DNA of 49,774 nt from a virus. Its lineage: Duplodnaviria; Caudoviricetes. Made by a program: the position numbers and the translations under genes. Of the stretch, positions 44,567 to 49,774 are shown one piece after another; position 1 is the stretch's first letter, and every line of letters begins with the position of its first letter. The notes beneath the pieces were generated by a model. It worked only from the letters and a program-made list of their open reading frames with translations. It did no database searches and had not been told where the DNA came from. The stretch is from IMG/VR virus record IMGVR_UViG_3300024254_000002, positions 1 to 49,774 of that record. One strand, given 5' to 3'.

Positions 44567-44773
44567 TTACCGCGTTAGGTTGGGATTCACGCCGCTGTAG
44601 CCGAGCAGGTATCCAATGCGGAACATACTATGGCGGTGCACCGGAACTTGTTCGGTGCTTGTCATTCTTGCGTCCCAACCCATCTTATGTCCCAGCCGGA
44701 AGGCCTGCTTCTCGAAAGGCGTCAACATCTTGTCAGCTAGTGAGGCAGGAAGAACCATCTTCACTGCGGGCAT
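44567..44773 (-). CDS. Small protein (68 aa), possibly RMF-like
   Basis: GGAGG RBS; AFRLGHKMG...P.....FRIGYLLGY pattern. Confidence 0.55.
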   Translation of the reverse strand: MPAVKMVLPASLADKMLTPFEKQAFRLGHKMGWDARMTSTEQVPVHRHSMFRIGYLLGYSGVNPNLTR

Positions 44774-44796
44774 TGCGCCTCCACTTGGAGGAATGA

Positions 44797-44822
44797 GGGG
44801 GCATGATTTCGCTCACGCCCCC
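44797..44822 (-). other. 10-bp hairpin upstream of the small gene
   Basis: GGGGGCGTGA-GCGAAA-TCATGCCCCC. Confidence 0.45.
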
Positions 44823-44964
44823 ACAAAGCGCCCATCGGTTACGCTGGTCGTTCAGGCTCCAGACAGCGAGCTTGCCGATGAGGTAGGCGGCATTTCTTGA
44901 TAGCCAGAACATATCCCAGTATGGCTTACTGGAGCCACTTCTTACCCGCGTGGCTGCTTAGTCA

Positions 44965-45085
44965 ATAGCCGGTGAGATTCCAACTCACATCCTCCCCCAC
45001 CCAAGCACCAGCTAGGGGCCAGTACAAGAGTGTGCAACGGGGACTCGTTGGCGCGAGTGTCAGTCCTGTCCTGACTTGCGGCTAT
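44965..45085 (-). ncRNA. tRNA-like element (121 nt) with enlarged anticodon domain
   Basis: 7-bp acceptor ATAGCCG/CGGCTAT, D-like GTCAG/CTGAC, and T-like arm GTGAG-TTGGAAT-CTCAC stacked directly on the acceptor 3' strand. Confidence 0.55.
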
Positions 45086-45117
45086 CCATTGAAGCATCAC
45101 ACTTCACAGTCCAAGTG

Positions 45118-45429
45118 TCAGTTGGGCTTGGCGAAGGTGAGCTTCATCTTGTTCAGGTTGCGGACACGCCACGAGCTGTTCGGGATATAGTTCATGTCCG
45201 CGTCCAGCCAGTGGAAGCTACCATCCTCACTGTCGAAGAAGATGCCGAATCGCGGGGACTCGGGCGTGCCGTAAGTACGGCCCTTCCCAGTGACGATGGA
45301 GATGGGTGACACCGGCAGCGCGGCCGGCTCCGCATCGAGGATGCTGCTGAGGTCTGCCGCACTGAGAGTCACCTGACTCCCGTTCGACAGCACCGTTGTG
45401 ACGGAACCATCACGATTCTTGACAGCCAT
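45118..45429 (-). CDS. Hypothetical protein (103 aa)
   Basis: AAAGGAG RBS; clean ORF. Confidence 0.7.
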   Translation of the reverse strand: MAVKNRDGSVTTVLSNGSQVTLSAADLSSILDAEPAALPVSPISIVTGKGRTYGTPESPRFGIFFDSEDGSFHWLDADMNYIPNSSWRVRNLNKMKLTFAKPN

Positions 45430-45551
45430 CTGCCTTTACTCCTTTGGCCCGATATCCTCGGGCGGGGTTTGGGTTTACTGCCGCACCCAGACAGGTCAGC
45501 AACTCTCTGGATGCACTTACGCGACCTCCCAACCAGCGCCGCTGATGTACG

Positions 45552-46745
45552 CTAGTCTTTACTGAGGTCGCCGTTTCTATTTCTGTTCTTCTTCTTCTTC
45601 TTGGTCTTGAGGAGGAGCCGGGTCTGCTGCTTCTTCTCGAACTGGTGGGCCTTGACGGCAGCGGTCACGACATCCTGCAGGTCACCGTAACGGACCCGCT
45701 GCATGATTTCGTAGCGCCAGACATACCTCGGATAAGCCGTCCCATCATGAACACGCATGCCCATGGGCATGGACATGGTCGGCTTGGCAATGGCCGGGTC
45801 ACCCTTGATGGCCAGCAACTCACTAAGGCTGAACTCCTCCCCGCCAATCTCGACATAGAAGGTGTTGTCCTTCATCTGCGTCTTGATTTGCGGGCGGAAC
45901 CCGGTCCTCATCAGGGCTGGGTCATGATGGTCATCACTCGTTGAATAAGTGCGGCCGCGTCGAAAGTGGTGGGAGTAGTCCTCCGACCCCCAGTCGTCCC
46001 GGCTGCCCTCATAGGCGACGGTGGTTCTAGGCGCAGTCTTGAACTCGCCGATGTCCTTGATGGCTCCACTTGCGCTGATGTGGAACAGCTTCTGCTGTGG
46101 CAGGGTGATGGTTCGCCTGTAGCTGTTCAGGAGCCAGCAGTGGTTGAAGGTCTTCAAGACCTGCGGCTCTGTGCTGCCGAACAGCGTGACGGACGTCTTC
46201 CCATCCGAGAACTCCACATCCATGTTCAGATACTCCAGTGGATTCCCATCCCTGCCCAGATACAACTCGCCATGATGGAGCATGGCCACAGACGCATTGC
46301 CAGACACATCATTCATGAACTTGCTAAAGCCCAACGGCCCCAACTTGTCCATCGCGGCAGCCAGCAGCTCACTATCCACACCACTGGGCTTCTCCAGCTG
46401 CCACTTCTTGATGAGTTCGCTGCAGTTGGTGAGCCAGCCATTGTGAATTCCAACGGTGTTCCCGACCCAGAATGGATGGGCCTGCTCATCGCCCTGCCCA
46501 CCACAGGTTGGCTGCCTATTGTGGACCAAGCATAGGCTGGCCGGTGCATCGAACAGCTCCGCGAAGGCTGGACTGAACACGACCTTGTTGGCAGCCTCGG
46601 CCTTCTTGAACAGCTTATTGTTGATGTAGATGCCGCTGCTCTGCCGGCCTCGCTCCTCCCCGAAGAACAACAGGGCTGAGGCCAGTCTCTGGCAGGTCGC
46701 TGCTGGCAGCGGTCTATCGCTGATGAAGCCGCCAATGGAACACAC
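45552..46745 (-). CDS. Class II (Ntn) glutamine amidotransferase
   Basis: N-terminal Cys2 (MCSIGG), ERGRQSSG, HNRQPT, AHPF, HNGWLTN, VDSE, RDGNPL. Confidence 0.9.
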   Translation of the reverse strand: MCSIGGFISDRPLPAATCQRLASALLFFGEERGRQSSGIYINNKLFKKAEAANKVVFSPAFAELFDAPASLCLVHNRQPTCGGQGDEQAHPFWVGNTVGIHNGWLTNCSELIKKWQLEKPSGVDSELLAAAMDKLGPLGFSKFMNDVSGNASVAMLHHGELYLGRDGNPLEYLNMDVEFSDGKTSVTLFGSTEPQVLKTFNHCWLLNSYRRTITLPQQKLFHISASGAIKDIGEFKTAPRTTVAYEGSRDDWGSEDYSHHFRRGRTYSTSDDHHDPALMRTGFRPQIKTQMKDNTFYVEIGGEEFSLSELLAIKGDPAIAKPTMSMPMGMRVHDGTAYPRYVWRYEIMQRVRYGDLQDVVTAAVKAHQFEKKQQTRLLLKTKKKKKNRNRNGDLSKD

Positions 46746-46746
46746 G

Positions 46747-48165
46747 CTAACTCACCTCCTCTAGGTGCAGGACTTCCTTCCCCTGCTTGTTCAGGTACGT
46801 CTCGCTATAGCCCGTCGTTCCAAGGCCATACTTCATGAAGCGGTGGATGCAGTGCTTCCTGACCTTCAGGCCCAGCTGGCTATGCTGCATGAAGTAGAGC
46901 AGTTGACCCCGTGGGCTGAGCCCCCGGACCGCAGACAGGAGTTTCTTCTTCGCCTCCAGCTTCCCGAACCTGTCGAAGAAGCCGAGCATCACCTGTGTCC
47001 AGCCAATCAGCTCTTCATCATTCAAGGACCCATGGTGCAGCCGAACCTCATAGGTTCCGTGCTCATGAAAGGCCTCCGTGTTCAGCGCCCTATAGCGGCT
47101 GCCATACCGCTCGTCGCTGTTCCGGATGCTGTTCACCAGTGTGCAGAAATCGTTGTTCCGTCGCCGGCTGTCCACCATGCCCGCGAACAGTGGCTCCATG
47201 ACCGGCCACCACTCCCGGATATTGTGGCGCATCTCGTCGGTGTCCGTCGCCACACAGAAGTGCGTGTGAACACCGCAGCTGTGGTTGACTTCCGCGCCCT
47301 TCTCCAGCAGGTGCCCTGTGCTCGCGGTGATGGTGCCGAAGAGATAATCACCGCAGAAGGGATAGCTGGCGAACTCACGGCCATCACAGCCATTCGTTGG
47401 CCGGATACTTCCATCTCCATGCAGCCGTCCCCACGCCGCCATGTTCAGCCGGGCCCCTCGCGGCACATAGAACTCCAGCTCATAGCCGACCAGCCTCTCA
47501 CTCCTGTTGACCTTGAAGGTCTTCGTATACTCCCGGGTGTTCCGCTGCGCCTGACAATAGACGCATAGCGTGCAGTCCGTCGACTCATAGTACTGAACTC
47601 TGGAGAACGACGTATGAGTAGCGTGACACTCGCGGCACTGTATCAGGCGGCCAGTTTCACTGGCATACCGGCAATTCTCACAGAGCTTGACGGCCGTCGG
47701 TAGTACCTGTATACCCATACGAACCGGTAGGGTGATGAGGCGACAACTATTGCTATATCTGGCGCAGATATCACAGCACTCTAGGGTGAGGGCGCAGGAT
47801 GGGCAGACCCTGCAGGCATGCGCCGGAACATCTCCGCTAGCTGGGAACCTGTTCAAGCCGGGCAGAAAGCCTCGGGGGACGCCAGCTTTGGTTCGTGTCA
47901 CCATCTTGACCCAAGACTGTGCGGTCATGAGCCGGGTGGTCGGCCGCCTCTGGATATCCCTAAAGCTTCTATTGCAGCAGGCACACCACCATAGCTGATG
48001 CGGCGCGCAGGACGTGCAATAGTAATAAACCCGATTGCCGCCACTGCTGGTGGTGCCAAAGTGCCCCGGCTGAGGAACATGAACCAACCTGCAGTAAGCA
48101 CAGATGCGCGTGCCCTTCGGTCCTCGTTGCCTCTTTCCAGCGAAATGCCCAATAGCCACAGGCAT
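46747..48165 (-). CDS. Putative amidoligase (COOH-NH2 ligase, Amidoligase_2) with N-terminal CxxC repeats
   Basis: VGYELEF, DGSI, EFAS, SCGVHTH, RYRALN..HGTYEVRLHHGS. Confidence 0.88.
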   Translation of the reverse strand: MPVAIGHFAGKRQRGPKGTRICAYCRLVHVPQPGHFGTTSSGGNRVYYYCTSCAPHQLWWCACCNRSFRDIQRRPTTRLMTAQSWVKMVTRTKAGVPRGFLPGLNRFPASGDVPAHACRVCPSCALTLECCDICARYSNSCRLITLPVRMGIQVLPTAVKLCENCRYASETGRLIQCRECHATHTSFSRVQYYESTDCTLCVYCQAQRNTREYTKTFKVNRSERLVGYELEFYVPRGARLNMAAWGRLHGDGSIRPTNGCDGREFASYPFCGDYLFGTITASTGHLLEKGAEVNHSCGVHTHFCVATDTDEMRHNIREWWPVMEPLFAGMVDSRRRNNDFCTLVNSIRNSDERYGSRYRALNTEAFHEHGTYEVRLHHGSLNDEELIGWTQVMLGFFDRFGKLEAKKKLLSAVRGLSPRGQLLYFMQHSQLGLKVRKHCIHRFMKYGLGTTGYSETYLNKQGKEVLHLEEVS

Positions 48166-48174
48166 GGTCTCCCC

Positions 48175-48441
48175 TTAGAACTTCAGATACTTCTTCTTTC
48201 CTGACGACGGTGGCTTCAGTGGCTCGATGTGTGGGCCGAACAGAATGAACAGGATGGCTGGTGGAACGACGGCAGTGAAGAACAGCCACTTGATGAGCGA
48301 CGGCACGTCGAAGGTCTTCGTGCCGAAGAACTCCCAGACAATGCTGCCCCACCACCACCACAGGCAGGCGATGCTCATCATGATGGCCACGAAGGCTGCC
48401 CGTCCGAAGAACTGTCCTGCCCCCTGAATGAGTCGTTTCAT
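48175..48441 (-). CDS. Membrane protein (2 TM, 88 aa)
   Basis: Two hydrophobic helices; AGGAGG RBS. Confidence 0.7.
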   Translation of the reverse strand: MKRLIQGAGQFFGRAAFVAIMMSIACLWWWWGSIVWEFFGTKTFDVPSLIKWLFFTAVVPPAILFILFGPHIEPLKPPSSGKKKYLKF

Positions 48442-48451
48442 CGGGGTCCTC

Positions 48452-48628
48452 CTACTTCCAGTTGACCGTGACCGTTCCCGGCTGCAGCTGGCTTCTCTTC
48501 ACCCGGTAGAGGATGGTTCCCTGCGGCTCTTCGAGCGGCTTGTAGACGACCTCGAAGCCCGTGTCCATCTTCGCCAGATAGATGTAGGGCACGGGTCTTG
48601 GCTTCGGCTTCGGCTTCTTCTTGCTCAT
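48452..48628 (-). CDS. Small basic protein (58 aa, below cutoff)
   Basis: MSKKKPKPKPRPVPYIYL..; AGGAG RBS. Confidence 0.6.
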   Translation of the reverse strand: MSKKKPKPKPRPVPYIYLAKMDTGFEVVYKPLEEPQGTILYRVKRSQLQPGTVTVNWK

Positions 48629-48771
48629 GACTTGTTCTCCTGTATTGTTCTACGCTCGACTTCCTGCTTGAGCGCGTCGACCCGCTGTTGCATGAAGGCC
48701 AGAGTATCCTTCAGCTCAACGGTGGACATACGAAAGATGGTGTCCTGCTCTTCCTGCTCCCACGTACTCAT
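48625..48771 (-). CDS. Small coiled-coil protein (48 aa) coupled to Ro60
   Basis: ATGA overlap with the TROVE stop; MSTWEQEEQD..LKQEVERR. Confidence 0.55.
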   Translation of the reverse strand: MSTWEQEEQDTIFRMSTVELKDTLAFMQQRVDALKQEVERRTIQENKS

Positions 48772-49774
48772 TGTGCCTCTTGCTCGATGGCGTCGATGTA
48801 CCTGAACACGTTCTCACTGAAGCCGGTCAGGTGCGTGTAGCCATCACGATAGCCCACACCATTCTGATAGCTACCCACATTGATGATGTAGCTGTGGCGG
48901 CAGATGGCCTTGGGCAGCTCATCCGCGCTCTGCTCGTCTGTGACCACGATGAGGCGGTCATAGGGCTGCTTGTTGGCCTCGGCGATGGCGAGGCCGATGT
49001 TCGTGCCACCAGCCGCATGGCCCAACAGGTCCCGAAGTGCGAAGCCGCGGCGCGGCGGCAGCAGGCGTGGGCTATAGTCGAACTTGTAGAGGCTGATGTT
49101 GTCGGTGAGCTGCCGGGCGATGACTGCCAAGCCGGCCGCTGCGTCGATGCGCTTCATGTCACTCTTGCTGCTCAGCGGTGCGGTCATGCTCCCACTGGTG
49201 TCGATGAGGACTGCTGTCTGCCCCGGCAGCCGAGAAAGCTGTGCGCATCTGGTGAAGAGGGCGGCCTCCAGCTGTGGTTCCAGCTGCGGGGCGTAGCGGG
49301 CAGCCGCGATGAACCGGAATGGCAGGACCTTGCTGAAGTCGGCCTCGGCCATCGCGTCGGTGATGAGTTGCGTGCCGATGCCGGCCTGCTGCATGTTGCG
49401 GAGGTTCCGCAGCAGGGCCAAGCCGCCCAGCTTCCGCTCGGTCAGCAGCCGCGTCCAGCTCTGGAGCTTGTTGGTGCTCTGGCTGAGTTCCACTTCCCAT
49501 GTGTCGGGCGTGGCCAGCTCTCCCTTCAGGAGACGGCGCCAGAGCGCGGCCTGCTCGTCGTCCTTCGGCTTGGGGTGGCTGAGACGCAGGACGTCGCGGA
49601 GCTTGATGGGCTGGTTCTGCCGGTTGTACTTCTGGAGGCTGTACTCGTTGAACTTGGCGAAGGCCCGGCCAAGGCCGCGCTTGATGCAAGCGGCCAGCGG
49701 CTGGCGCTGCCCCGCGAAGTAGAGGCTGAGGAATTCCGTCAGCTCGTCGGGACGCTGGATGACCTGCTCCAGAG
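48768..49774 (-). CDS. TROVE/Ro60 protein, C-terminal part with vWA domain (joins 1-437)
   Basis: EYSLQKY, IKLRDVL..HPKP, TPDTWE, ALLRNLRN, LPFRFIAA; vWA MIDAS DTSGS, GGT, VTDEQ. Confidence 0.95.
   Translation of the reverse strand, partial: LEQVIQRPDELTEFLSLYFAGQRQPLAACIKRGLGRAFAKFNEYSLQKYNRQNQPIKLRDVLRLSHPKPKDDEQAALWRRLLKGELATPDTWEVELSQSTNKLQSWTRLLTERKLGGLALLRNLRNMQQAGIGTQLITDAMAEADFSKVLPFRFIAAARYAPQLEPQLEAALFTRCAQLSRLPGQTAVLIDTSGSMTAPLSSKSDMKRIDAAAGLAVIARQLTDNISLYKFDYSPRLLPPRRGFALRDLLGHAAGGTNIGLAIAEANKQPYDRLIVVTDEQSADELPKAICRHSYIINVGSYQNGVGYRDGYTHLTGFSENVFRYIDAIEQEAQ
49648..49774. repeat. Terminal direct repeat, identical to 1-127
   Basis: Exact match. Confidence 0.95.

Noticed and set aside
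44263-44796. 177-aa plus-strand ORF over the large RNA
   Set aside because: It is antisense to the operon, has no RBS or motif, and overlaps a better-supported minus-strand gene.
48768-49493. Truncated 241-aa TROVE pseudogene as given in the ORF track
   Set aside because: The frame is open through the window end and continues to ATG 437, giving an intact 438-aa protein.
1-49774. Integrase/repressor, canonical tRNAs, DGR reverse transcriptase, stop-codon reassignment
   Set aside because: No recombinase or RT motifs or canonical cloverleaf were found by eye. Core genes are full-length under the standard code, with TAA, TAG and TGA all used as stops.

Overview
The window is an apparently complete, circularly permuted dsDNA tailed-phage genome of about 49,647 bp. 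Bases 1-127 repeat exactly at 49648-49774, which looks like an assembly overlap. The + strand block (4390-31127) encodes packaging, virion and lysis genes with a short-tailed (podovirus-like) layout: TerL, portal, scaffold, major capsid, adaptor, nozzle, beta-helix spike, ejection proteins, holin and endolysin. The - strand block (31087-49774 continuing into 1-4152) encodes ThyX, two GT2 enzymes, DUF1599, a UDG-PolA fusion, SSB, a Sak4-like ATPase, primase, a Cas4-like nuclease, a helicase, a glutamine amidotransferase/amidoligase pair, and a full-length TROVE/Ro60 protein split by the window ends. I saw no integrase and no canonical tRNA. The main finding is a non-coding RNA system. Upstream of the Ro60 gene lie five divergent, covarying ~70-nt Y-RNA-like elements, plus a possible sixth, interleaved with other closed structured RNAs. 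A second cluster (44126-45085) holds a ~310-nt highly structured RNA, a tRNA-like element and an RMF-like small gene. All calls come from reading motifs by eye; no database searches or folding programs were run.
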